A DNA stretch of 64,000 nt from Lama guanicoe (taxonomy: Eukaryota). The stretch is from positions 9,757,957 to 9,821,956 of the forward strand of contig MU053881.1 of assembly GCA_013239625.1 (NCBI GenBank), given 5' to 3'. A program made the position numbers and the translations under genes. Of the stretch, positions 25,090-36,545 are shown in pieces (positions within the stretch are counted from its first letter, which is position 1; each line of letters opens with the position of its first letter). Under the pieces are notes generated by a model that saw nothing but the letters and a program-made list of their open reading frames with translations, was not told the DNA's origin and did not search any database.

Positions 25090-25940
25090 ACAGCATTACA
25101 ATAAACTACGGCTCAAATCATGGACAGGGAGTATCACCACATCCTGAAAGCACCTCTGAAACCAGCAAAAATTATTAAATTAAGTCCAGTGTAGTTTTAA
25201 TATTTAATAGCACCAGCATTCAGCTGGTTCGAGCTTTTCAGGCTACACTTGATGTCTCCCTTTCATCAACTACCTTTAACAATCCCTGTAGAACTATGCC
25301 TTAAAATGGTTTTGAAATCTTTTTCCTTCCTCACGTCGATCCCTCGAAGACTGCTTCGACCCTCATTATCTGTACCCTCGACTATTCCAATGGTCAACCA
25401 GTTGCTTGGTCAAGTCGTGTTTCTTAACAAATCATCCATTTTGATGCTATAATTATTGTATGTAAAACTCAAATATGACTTTAACTTTCTTACTTAAAAG
25501 CCTCCAATCACGTCCCATTGCTTATCAGTCAAAGGCTAAATTCTATACAAAACAAACATGTATGTATCTTTTCATTCTCAGATTGTGCCACTTTTTCACT
25601 GCAGGCTAATTCTTGAGCTCATGGGTGACTTGAAAAAGGACTGTTACATGCTCTCTCCATTTCTGAGTCCCCTTGGTGTGTGATATTCATACCTGGAAAG
25701 GTTCTGCTTCTTTTATATTCACCTACAATGCTATCCTTCCTGTGTTTTACTATCCTCTTGAAGACTTAACCTTCCTTGTTCCAAATCTTCTACAGAAATA
25801 TTTTATAATTGCAATGGCTTGAGCATCTGTTTCATCCACTGTACTATGAGCTCTCGTAAGAAAAAGGGCCATGTTTGACTATTTTTTAATACATATATCC
25901 TTCACTTGATAAAGGGTCCACTGTAGAGAAAGTTTTTTAA
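25090..25940 (+). mobile_element. Diverged LINE-2
   Basis: 'aaaactcaaatatgact..cttaaaagcctccaat..cccattgc', 'tatgagctctcgtaagaaaaagggccatgt'. Confidence 0.55.
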
Positions 25941-27048
25941 TACTCAGTTCATTCACTTTAAAAAGGGTCTATCATATGGAAAGAAAGCATTCAGTAGGTA
26001 TTCCGAAACATCTGTCTTATTTGAAAACCTATAATGCATTTAGATCATTTCTTCAAAAAAATACTTAGTAAATGCTTTGTGTTCTAGCTCCTGTTCTAGG
26101 CAGTGTAAATCAATAATATGCATTTGTTCGTATAGAAAATAAAGAAATAGATAAAATTCCTTAGTGTTTATATAAGGGAGAGGTTTCTTAGAGACAGAAT
26201 CAGAGAGGTGGTTTTTCAGTTCGTTTTTCAATACATACAGATCCAAGTTAGATTCTATTATTTGAAAATACATAATACCGTTATCACAGACCCTCACACT
26301 TAGTAAAAGGCAAACATAATTTGGTTAACACTATATTTACTGTTATTATCTATTCGAGGGCATATCTCAAACTGGAAAAATCCAGATAATGTGAGATACA
26401 AGGAAACTGCAAAGATCAAAATCTATGATCTTGAAGCAACATATTTCTCTAACTTCAATTTACTTTTAACTCAGTTAATACCTACTGACTCCAACGACAC
26501 CAGAAAAAGATCACATCAGCTCAAGTAAAATATGCTATGTATAAAAAGATGGGCATGTCATTATCCCTGAAATGCAAATATTTCCATTTAGAACACAAAT
26601 GAAGTTAAGAAATAAAGCAAATAATGAAAGATTTATTTTAGATGGTACATTTCTATATGGTATACGTAGTACCTTTCTATTGACTAGAATATCTGATTCA
26701 GTAGACTCGATCACTAACCACGTAGCTAAGGATTCTGTAAACAAAGAGTACACATTACTCGTCATTTACAGTAGGGCAGGTAATGGGAGATTATCTCTGC
26801 ACTTGAGTCTTCTCATTTTATGTCACATAGTGTTAACTGGATTTGCCTATCAGTAATTATTCCCTTTACAGGAAGTCATATTTATTCAGAGAAATTCTAT
26901 TGCCTATGGACAATCCTAGTTTTGTTGTTTAATTATATATTTAGTTTTTGGATAGTTATCTTGGGCAAATTATTTAAAATTTAAGTTTAAACAAACAAAT
27001 ATTTAAGAGACAGAATTGTATTTGCTCTTATACTTTTCAGCATTGGCG

Positions 27049-27385
27049 TTGTACTTTCCAATATGGTAGCCATGTAAATACGTGTGGGCTTTGAACTTTC
27101 TGAATTTAAATCTGCTCTAAGATCTCAAAGAGTCAGTACAGAAAGTAACATAAAATAGGCCATATATGAAACAGATCATGTAATCATGTGTGTATATGTA
27201 TGTATATATGTGTGTATACATATATACATGCATACACATATGATCACATGCTGAAATACTATTTTGCATATACTGAGTTATATAAAATAGTAAAATTAAT
27301 TCCATTGTTTTCTTATTTTAATGTGCCTATTAGAGAGCTTTAAATTGCCTACATGGATCACCTTATATGTCTCTTGGATGGTCTG
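27049..27385 (-). mobile_element. MER33-like hAT-Charlie MITE with internal TA/TG repeat
   Basis: 'tccaatatggtagcca', 'gatcacatgctgaaat', 'aaaattaattcca..ttttaatgtg.cta.taga..tttaaattgc..catgg' match the reverse MER33 consensus. Confidence 0.75.
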
Positions 27386-27479
27386 GATTAGATGCTTTGT
27401 CCCTAGAATGATTTATACCTTTGTTTTCCTTTTTACCATGTCCAATGTTATTGAAAGAGAATTACAGGATTAACTACTC

Positions 27480-27605
27480 CAGTAACCAAATTTTACAGAT
27501 GAGGAAATAAGAGGTTCGGAGACACCCCTGATCAGGGTCATAAGACTAACTAGAGACACAGCAGAACAGGAACAGAGAACTCCAGACGTGCAGTCCTGAG
27601 CCAAG
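27480..27605 (-). mobile_element. MIR SINE core
   Basis: 'ttttacagatgaggaaataagaggttcggaga'. Confidence 0.75.
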
Positions 27606-29249
27606 TGACTGGCGAAGTAGCAGAAGCAATGGCCAGCCACCGGAAGAAGAAATGGAGACAGTGTCCCCCTGCTGTGTTGCATTCATCTATGAGAGTCCGA
27701 CATGAATCTTCCTCGCGTTCAACGGGGAGAAGGCAAAGTAGTTGTGCTCAGTAATAACAGTGATAAAGTTAGCGTCAGAGAAAACCCAATAAATTCCAAT
27801 CCGGGGTCTTTAAGCCTCATGAGAAATGACTGATGAAATGAACCTGGTAAAGAGCCGCTGACCACCCCTAGAGTTGGATGACTTTGTTTACACAGTAGGA
27901 AGAATGAGACTGTGTCAATGAATGAAAAATAAAACCTAACATTTCTTGGGAAGGAGGCATCCGTCTTTCTCTATTTGTAAATGCTGACGAGCAGAGTTTA
28001 AGGAGGGCTAATGTCACCCATTCATCTTAATTAAAGAGTTAATTGCTCGTGTATCCTGATTTAGTTAGCCGAGCCTGGGAGCGTGGGAAGCCTTTCCCTC
28101 TATGTATTTTATTGACCGGTGTAATGACATCATCAGTGAGTCTCAGGATTTATTCATGCTTCAGCCTATCCTCATAATGTTAATAGCCCTGTACATGATA
28201 AAACTTTTAAGAGGAAAGGAACCCTTGCGCCTGGCACAGAATACAGAAAGGACCGGGGCTGCTAAACGCCTCGCTTCAGCTGTCATTGAAGCATTCCTTC
28301 AAAGTCCAGAGTCACGAAAACAGTACAAAGTCATTTCAAATGCTAGTTTTCATAAAACGTTTGCGTGCGGAATCACGTAGCAGGTTTTTTTTTTTTACAA
28401 TCGCATAGGGAAATATTTGAAAGTTAACAGCTTTTATTCTACTGAACCCTGGATAGGAAAGTGTGTGTTCCAGGGACAGAAAGATTCTGCTGTTTGCATG
28501 TTTAAGACAATTGCTTTAGAGTGAGAATTGTTAAAGAATATCTTGGAAACACACATACTCACACGCACTCAGGAAAAATCGACACCAAATAATCACCTGC
28601 AAATTGGATGAAAGGATTCCTAAAAACAAGGTTTTTCAACCTTTAAAATGTAAGTTTTCTCAAAATCCTCTACCATTTCTCTAGAAATAATATGTTTAGA
28701 TAAACTAAAAGGCTACCGTGGATACATGACTAATTTTAGACTCCTACTCTTTGCTAATACTTTTTTTTTTAATGGAAAAAAGAGGCAAAAATCAAAGAAC
28801 AGCAGGGAAAAAGTACTATCTTGAGGGCATACAGAAGCAAAAACACGGAAATGATGTTCAGAGTTAATGGGCCTTTTTGTGTCTCTTTTCACATGGAGCT
28901 ATAAGCAGTCCTAGTTACAGTTAATTAAAGTTAGTGCCTTGCTTTCACAAACGAAACGAAACTGGTCCAAGAATCATAGCCTATTTCTAAGATGCTGATT
29001 ACTTATTAAATGTCATGTTATGGCCAAGGTAAGGACCCTGCGGTTATATTAAGAAAAATGAGTAACAACAGAAGGTTAGAAGGTATAAGTTTTATATATA
29101 GATAGATAGATGTATATGTACTTATTTTAAATATATGTATAAACACATATAGTGTTAGATATAACTATATAATAATATGCAACATATATAGTATATTTCT
29201 CTCTTACAGCCTGAGGCGTCCCAGTAGCCTTAAGGTTACCATCTAACTC

Positions 29250-29405
29250 ATCTGCTCCTCAGTTTGCACATCTTTAAAATGGTGACCATCAGAGTATTCC
29301 TCCCATGGAGTTACTGTCAGGGTGAAATGGGGGACCGTGCGTAACACTCAGGACACTGCCCGGCACATGGTAAACATCATCAAGATGTGACCTCATAATT
29401 ATTCT
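29250..29405 (+). mobile_element. MIR SINE
   Basis: 'cctcagtttgcacatctttaaaatgg' and 'cactgcccggcacatggtaaac'. Confidence 0.75.
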
Positions 29406-30014
29406 CACGAGTAAGTCTGCCCTTTTAAGAGAACAATTCACTAGAGTCTCCTGAATACAGAGTTTGACTTTAGGTCTTAGAAATTTCATTTTCCCATTTT
29501 TTTTAAAGTTTTAATTGCTTTTTATATAGAAGAAAAGACAATTCTGCTGTGATTACATACAGCAGGGTATACATACAGAGGGATGCCATCTGCAGAGGGG
29601 CTTCTATGAGGCCCAAGGAATCGGGCTTTATCTTCATCATCGAAAACTCCATAAGGTGATGCAAACTTCTGAGGGATCAGATTTCTTGCATCAGTTCTTA
29701 AGGAGTCTCCATAAAGGGTTTATTCAGACTTCCCTTAGTTATTATCTTCCCCTTTTTTTGATGATATAATCCAAAAATATTTAAACATTTTAAAGAATTT
29801 TCTCCTAAGGTAGAATTTACTTGATTCTTAGAGGCTGTTATATACTTTTATTTTTTTTCCCTTTAGGACATGTATTCAAATTATAATTATAAAATAATGG
29901 ACACTTAACAGGAAGAAGACATATGTTCTCCAGTGAAGAGATGAGAAAAAGGTCATGGCTATTTCTGGAAATGATTTCAAATGAAAAAGAGACTAGAAAT
30001 GTTGACATTTTTAA

Positions 30015-30310
30015 CATAATAATAGTAACAAGGACTACGAGTTATTGAGCACCTCTATTATGTTAGTTTCTGAATGAAAATGTTTATAGATGGTATCGCA
30101 TCCAACCTTCCAACTATTCACAGAGCAGGTACAATTATCCCAATTTTAAAAAAAAAAGAGAAACGTGAGGCTGAGAAATACCGTTTGCCCAAAGGCCACA
30201 CCCTTGAAAAAAGTGAAACCAAGATCCAAACCCAAATCTGTTGAACTTCTTCTTCTTTTTTTTTTTTTTTTAAATAAATCTGTTGAACTTCTAAGCTCAA
30301 TGCTGCCCAC
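30015..30310 (-). mobile_element. MIR SINE carrying a short retro-insertion
   Basis: 'ttattgagcacct', 'aggtacaattatcccaatttta', 'gaggctgaga..ttgcccaaaggccaca', 'atccaaacccaaatctgttgaac'. Confidence 0.7.
30234..30292 (-). mobile_element. Poly(A)-only retrotransposition product with perfect 17-bp TSD
   Basis: aaatctgttgaacttct at 30234-30250 and 30276-30292 flanks a 25-nt T-rich insert (A-rich on the minus strand); minus-strand target context is TT/AGAA. Confidence 0.8.
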
Positions 30311-31729
30311 CACACGCAGGGGTGGCCCACTTGTGTCAACACTGATCACTAACGTTAACTATCAACTGCAAAGTGTCAACTGTATGTAGCTGTCAGACTT
30401 TCTTTTTCAAATATGAATCAAAACTTTTAATAACGGGAAGCAGTAACTCAGAAAAATATTTGTTGTAGGTTGCCAAGACCCCTTGAATAACAGTAAGTTT
30501 TTTTTTTTTTTATAAAACTGAGTCTCATTTTGAGATATAGCTTCTTTTCGATTGAAGTACTTTTTTAATAAATGTAACTCTGGACAAGCCTAGTATCAGA
30601 ATGGAACCTCTTCCAATACTATCTCCTTACTAATAAACCTGTGCAGAGAGCGGAACAGAGCAGAGGGTTTATAATTCCTTGACTGTATCTGCTAGCAAAG
30701 ACTTCTGATATCATCATGTACAAAATTGAAGAATAAAACCTTCCAAGCAGCTGATGCGGGAAAACGGGACAAGCTGCGAGATAGGTAGAGAACAGGCCAC
30801 CAGGAACTTGAACAACACAGAGGCACAGACACGGGGAAGAAAATAAAGGTGACTGAGAGAAAATGTTCAAGAGGCTTCAGAGCCAAAAAAATAAAGATGT
30901 TAATCTCATGATAAACGTAGCATGTTGAAGGAGAAAAAGCCGGCACAGTCTCATTCCACTGAGCTGAAATGATTCAGTCGGGAGAAATAAATTTTTTAGA
31001 GATTCAAAAGAAAAGGGACCAGAGAAATAAAGTGAAAGACAATCCAATACAAAAATAAATGGCCAAGCAGGCAGAGAAATACTGTATTGACAAGAGAGAT
31101 TGATTCTCCACATCCGAAGGACAGAACCGGGGGAAGGAGAGAGGTTCCCAATTTCCAAATAAGAATGATTTTTGGGTGTGGGGTGGAGGTGGGGAGCAAT
31201 TAAGAAAAAAAATAGATAAATAAAAAATCAAGTGAAAAGAGAAATTTATTAGAATCCGGGGCAATTATGTGCTACTAGGGGGAAATTCTATCACAATGAG
31301 GATTTTAGTAGGTTGAGCAGAAGGGTATAAAGAGGTACTATTAGATTGTCCAAAATATCCCACTTTACAACCAACAAATTTAAGTATTTAGTTCATTCAT
31401 ATATTGGTAATTGAAGGCAAATCAATAACTTGTAAAAATCTTTGCGAAAGGGCAGAGATAGTTTCATCAGGATCATAATTAGCTTTGTAAACTTAGCTCA
31501 CAGTGCTGGTGAGAAAGCTCAAACTCATATTTAGCAGACTGGAAGTCGACTCTCAAGCCTGCTTTTACAGGAAGTTGAGCTGGGCCAGGTCATGTATCTC
31601 CTGTTTTCCTTTCTATTAAACGGGGAGGGGCAAAGCCCTTATCAGCCAGGTCTACCTCACCACTCACTCATTTTGTCGGAACAAATTCCACCTACTTGTT
31701 GCTTTGGAAAGGCAGTTTGGTAAAACAGG

Positions 31730-31935
31730 AAAAGTGTGGGTTGTGGAATGAGACAAATCTGGATCAGAATCCAGTCTCTGGTGTCCATTGTTTGTGGGAC
31801 CTCCCAGAATTCATGAACGCCCCTGACCCTCAGTCTCTTCATCTACAAAGTGAGGACAATAATGTGGATATCACAGAAGTGGGGTGAGGATGGAATGAGC
31901 TAATGCTCTGGCAAACAGCAGGCACTGACTGAAAA
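31730..31935 (+). mobile_element. MIR SINE
   Basis: 'cctcagtctcttcatctacaaagtgagga' and 'gtgaggatggaatgagctaatg'. Confidence 0.75.
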
Positions 31936-32039
31936 ACGATCCCCTTTTCCTTAATATCAAATATCAATACTACTATCACCATTCTGACTGTTGCTAAGTC
32001 TGATACACTGATAACCTTCTTGTGTGTGTGTGTGAACAG

Positions 32040-32250
32040 CTGTGTAATTGTGGGCCCTATTTCTGCTCATGCAGCATTCCAGCCTGGTTCTCTAGTTCTT
32101 AAAAAAAATTATTGTGTGTGTGTGCACGTGCGCATGTGTGTGAGTACCCCAGTAACTTTCAAATAAATTCTTTCTGTTGTTGCCATTGCTGTTAAAAATA
32201 ACCAGAGGCTTTCTCTTGATGCCAGCTCAAACCCTGGATCTACACAAAGA
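32040..32250 (+). mobile_element. MaLR/ERVL LTR 3' fragment (MLT1/LTR33-like)
   Basis: 'ttccagcctggttctc', 'aaataaattctttct' and terminal 'accctggatctacaca'. Confidence 0.4.
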
Positions 32251-32359
32251 ATAAGAAACAAATGGCTGTGAAGTCAGACAATAGGCTTCTTCCAACCTCA
32301 CCTCTGTTGTGTACATTCATTCACTCATCTACAGAAAATTTAAATGTATCAACTATGAA

Positions 32360-33690
32360 CCTGTATCTACTGGGCCCTCACTAACCCCCACAGACATGTC
32401 AGCCAGTCCCCACAGCTTTGGATACAGTTTTTAACGTAAGGACATCAATGTATATCTCCCAGGTGCTAACTCTGCTTTGGACTTCAGATGACCTGGATAT
32501 CCAACTGCCAGACTAAATACTATCTCAGGTAGGATGTCTAACAGGCATCTCAAATTTAGCAAGCCCCACACCTAGCTCCAAATCTTCCCCCTCCCCCAAA
32601 ATTCTGTCTTGCAATAGACCATGTCTCTGTTAAATGATACCTCCATCTTTCCAGTTGTTCAGGCCAAAATCCTTGTGGTCATCTTTGATCTCCCTTTGTC
32701 ATTCACACTCCCCTTATCTATGCTGTCAGATTCATCTTCAACATATATCCCAAATTACACTACTCACCGCCTTCACGGCCACCCACCCTCAGCTTAAGCC
32801 ACGTGTGATTATGCTTCCCTGAATTATTCTAAGATGTTCCAAGTATTCTCCCTGCTTCCATTCTTGACCTCGTCCAGTCTGTTCTCAACGCAGCACTCTG
32901 CGATGATCCTATGAAAGGTAAGTCAGGCCGCACCACGCCCTTTGTTCAGACTTTCCTTTGGCTTTGCATCTCACTCATAGCAAATTGCCTACAATGGTCT
33001 AGAAGTTTGTACCCCCCTCTACCACTGCCTGTCTGGTCCGATACCCAACCCTGCTCTTTTCCGTCTCACTCAGCTCTCCCCAGCCACGCCGGCCTCTGTG
33101 CTATATACTCAGACACCTCACACCACGCACTGGCTGTTCCCTCTACCCGTAAACACTTGTCCTTTGATTTGTCCTTGTGACTCCCTCCTTTACCTCCTCA
33201 GGTGTTAGTTCACTGTCCCTTTCTCTGGAAGAAGTCCCTGACCACTCCCTCCCTAGTCCCTTGCTCTGCTTTATTATTCTTCATGGTGCCTTTCTCCATT
33301 TAATTCCCTATGCTCTGCACAATGTCTTTAAATTTTTTTAAATTGAAGTACAGTCAGGTACAGTGCATCCACTTCTGGCGTACAGTGCAACGTCCCAGTC
33401 ATGCATATACCTACATACGTTTGTTTTCATATTCTTTTCCATTAAACGGTTATTACAAGATATTGTAGTTAAGATATTCCCTGTGCTGTACAGAAGAAAT
33501 TTTTTAAAATCTATTTTTATACGTAGTGGTTAACATTCACGTAATTTTTATGCTTATGCTTTGTCTCCCTACACTCGAATGCCAGCTCTTCGAGGACAGG
33601 GAGGGCTGTTTGGTTTTGTTCATTATTTCTTTAGTCCTGGCATACGCTAGGCGTTTCATAAATATTTGTTGAATACATGTAATGAATGTA
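32360..33690 (+). mobile_element. LINE-2 (L2a-like) 3' ~1.1 kb, interrupted by a young L1 tail
   Basis: 'ggatgtctaacaggcatctcaaatt', 'tccagttgttcaggccaaaatccttg', 'gtctgttctcaacgcagca'; tail 'taaatatttgttgaatacatg'. Confidence 0.85.
33332..33538 (-). mobile_element. Lineage-specific (camelid-type) LINE-1 3' tail
   Basis: 'ttttttaaattgaagtacagtcag..tgcaacgtcccagtcatgcatatac..ttattacaagatattg..ccctgtgctgtacagaagaaa..tagtggttaacatt'. Confidence 0.85.
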
Positions 33691-33834
33691 TCAGACTCTA
33701 TAGAGTATAATAATGAATAGGATAAAGTCCCAGTCCTCATGGAGCTTAAATTCCAGGGCTGGGAGAGGTGGAGACAGTAAACAGGGAGACTGGTACCCAA
33801 CTCAGATGGGGAAAGAGGGGTTTCTTAGACTTAA

Positions 33835-33990
33835 ATGCATTGGCAAGTCACGTGAACACTCTGAACTTTAGTTTCCTCATCAGGAAACTATAGACATAAT
33901 CAATCTATCCCTGAGGATGAGAGTCCAGTAAGATTATGGCTGTAACACACCTGCCAGAGAATGGGCACCTCAAGACACACAAAACGTGTT
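33835..33990 (+). mobile_element. MIR SINE
   Basis: 'ggcaagtcacgtgaacactctgaactttagtttcctcatc'. Confidence 0.7.
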
Positions 33991-34547
33991 CAGCTCCACT
34001 GCCGCCCTCACTAGGGATTTTATATTTTCATCTTGTTCTATCTCTGCCATTTTCTCCCTCTCAGTCTTTATGTTAAATATTCAAGGCGGTAAGCAGCAGA
34101 ATTCTATTGGCTACTGTAGGTCCAAGTAAACCATCAAATTTTCTAGAATCTGCTGAAGAACCACTGCCTGTAATAATTGTCCTAATCATCTGACTACTGA
34201 AAAGTAATCACAATTAATGCAAAATAGTCAAGTAGTGAACAATGTGGCTGCCTCAAAAGGTGTTACTCAAAGGATGTTAGCAGGCCTGTCTCTCTACTGT
34301 AAACCTCTCAACTGCAGTGGGCTCTAAAAAGCCCCTTCCCTACTCTTAGGGGAGGCCTGTGGCCATCTAACTTCTGAAATTATTATCAGCTCTGTACTTA
34401 GATGATATCAAAATCCAGCTGAGGTATGGTTAATGCTGATCCTAGGTCTGTTAACTTGGATAATTTTTCCCTCTGCCCTACATATATCCTCATAAAAGAT
34501 TAGAGCTAAACCCTCAGGGCTGCCTGATACAGTGAGTGTTTATATAC

Positions 34548-34548
<1 letters not shown>

Positions 34549-34587
<39 letters not shown>

Positions 34588-34591
34588 ACAC
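34549..34591. repeat. (CA)n microsatellite
   Basis: About 16 uninterrupted CA units, then 'gacacacac'. Confidence 0.95.
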
Positions 34592-36329
34592 TTAGCAAAT
34601 AGAGCGGGCACACGTGTGCACTACAGCTGTCATCTACTGTAACTGAGTAATTGTGTATAGCTAAAGAAATAAATGAATATGTGACAATGCTTTGATCAGT
34701 AACTCATTTTATGCTAGCTTACGTATGTATAAATGCAAATTTAAGTGCTCTCTCTCTATATTACTTACAGAGTGTATATGGGCTGTTTATGGTAAAAAAA
34801 AAATTTATGTATTCCTTTAGTCATTCTTCCAAAATGTGCTTAGAAATGCTCATGATAAAAGGCTTAACCACGTCTCACTACACTATTTCCCACTGAAAAT
34901 TATCTGAGAAGAAAGAAGAAGGCCTAAGTTAGGATGCCCCCCAAATGCTTTTTGACTAGGGCATTTTCTTCTTTTTAAGACATTGACCTTTACCCTGAAG
35001 GAGGCAACATGGGACTGTCTCTGTTTCTTGAAAGGCATTAAATTCATTTCACTTCGATTTGCGAAAGAGTTATCGAGTGCTTTCGTGAATGTCCAATGGA
35101 CTGAGAAAACAGGAAGAAGAGGAACTCCCTGCTCTTAAGGAGGTTAACCACCCAGGGCAGCAGAGACTAAAATCCACACCAGGTTAAGACGAAAGCCCTG
35201 AAGGAAAAGCCATGATTATAAAGAATAAAAAGTGAAAGTACAGACAAAATTTAGTAAGGCATATTCTCAACGAACTGATGCAAGTTCAGAAAGGAAATAC
35301 TGCACTGACTTATCCATATTCATGTATACCTTTAAATGCCATATGGACCAAAACATCCTATTAAGACCCTCAAATTTAATTTTTAGAATTTCTCAACTCA
35401 AGGATCGCACTGTAATGTTAGAATCAAATAGAGGACTCTTTGAAATTGATGGAAGGAAAAAAAAAAGAGAGCCCTAAGCCCGCCTTGAGCTGAAACAGAT
35501 GGTATCCACTCAAAGGGCAGGAAGAATTTAAGCGTTTTCTTCATATGTTTGACATGTGACAAAAACGCTGAATGAAATCCTGCAAAATGATTATCGCTCA
35601 AGGCCTCCTGTTACGTCTAGAGGTACAGCCTGCTTTATGAATGCTTCGTTTTCAGATCAGTGAAGCTGGTTGCCAGGATTTTCCTTCTTTCACAATAGCC
35701 AAATTGATACTAAGGGTCAGAGTCTTTTGCAAAAAGTATTAACGTAGAGAAGAAAATCCATTAAGTTGAGGAAACTAACAAAACAGAATCTTAGGCTCGG
35801 GGACAAGAATAATTTATTTGTGGAATGTGGGACAATGAGTTATTTGGGCTTTCTTCACAAATGAGATAACTGTCACACCCCATCATGTCCCACTACCATG
35901 AATTATATATAACAACATTTGGTGAAATATGAAATTCTAAAAATACACTGAAAGGCTGGAGTCATCTTAATGGTTTATTATGATAGGTGTTCCTGGTTTT
36001 GAAATATCTTCTTTCAGGGAAGACAAATGGGGGCGACATTATTTTAGAAAGTCCACATCTTTTAAAAAGATGGATTAAAAGCTCTTTGAGACAGCTGTGC
36101 TGTTTTATTAGAAGAACAACATTTTCTTCCTAAATAGTCCTTGAGGGCAACTGCATGGATGATGGAATAATCAGGGGACACGGTGGGTTCCATTCAGAAC
36201 TGAGGCTCAAGGAAAGGCTGCAGAGGACAAGACAACAGGGGAATCGCTTTTGCTCTGAATTTGTGCACGTGACTAAGGACAAGAAAGGAAATCAGACTTC
36301 AATCCAAGTAACGTTTCACTGCGGCTAAT

Positions 36330-36545
36330 ACTTGGCTTTGGAGTCAGAGGAGACAAGCCTTGAGCACCTTCTCTGATCTGTAGTCCCACGTGACCTTGGT
36401 CAAGTTCATAAATTCTCGTCACCTCCCTCTCTTCCTCTGTGACATGGGGATAGTATTTTGTACCTCTCTTGGTGGTTGTGGGGGTTAAATGAGGTCATGT
36501 AAGTAATGGGCTTATCGCAGGGGCTGTGCCTTGGATAGGTGAACA
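36330..36545 (+). mobile_element. MIR SINE
   Basis: 'ggctttggagtcaga..gtgaccttggtcaagtt..ggttgtgggggttaaatgag'. Confidence 0.8.

Noticed and set aside
33540..33820. Oppositely oriented L2 pieces (and the MIR pair at 54190-54570) as dsRNA-forming inverted repeats
   Set aside because: The copies are too diverged to form long stable duplexes.
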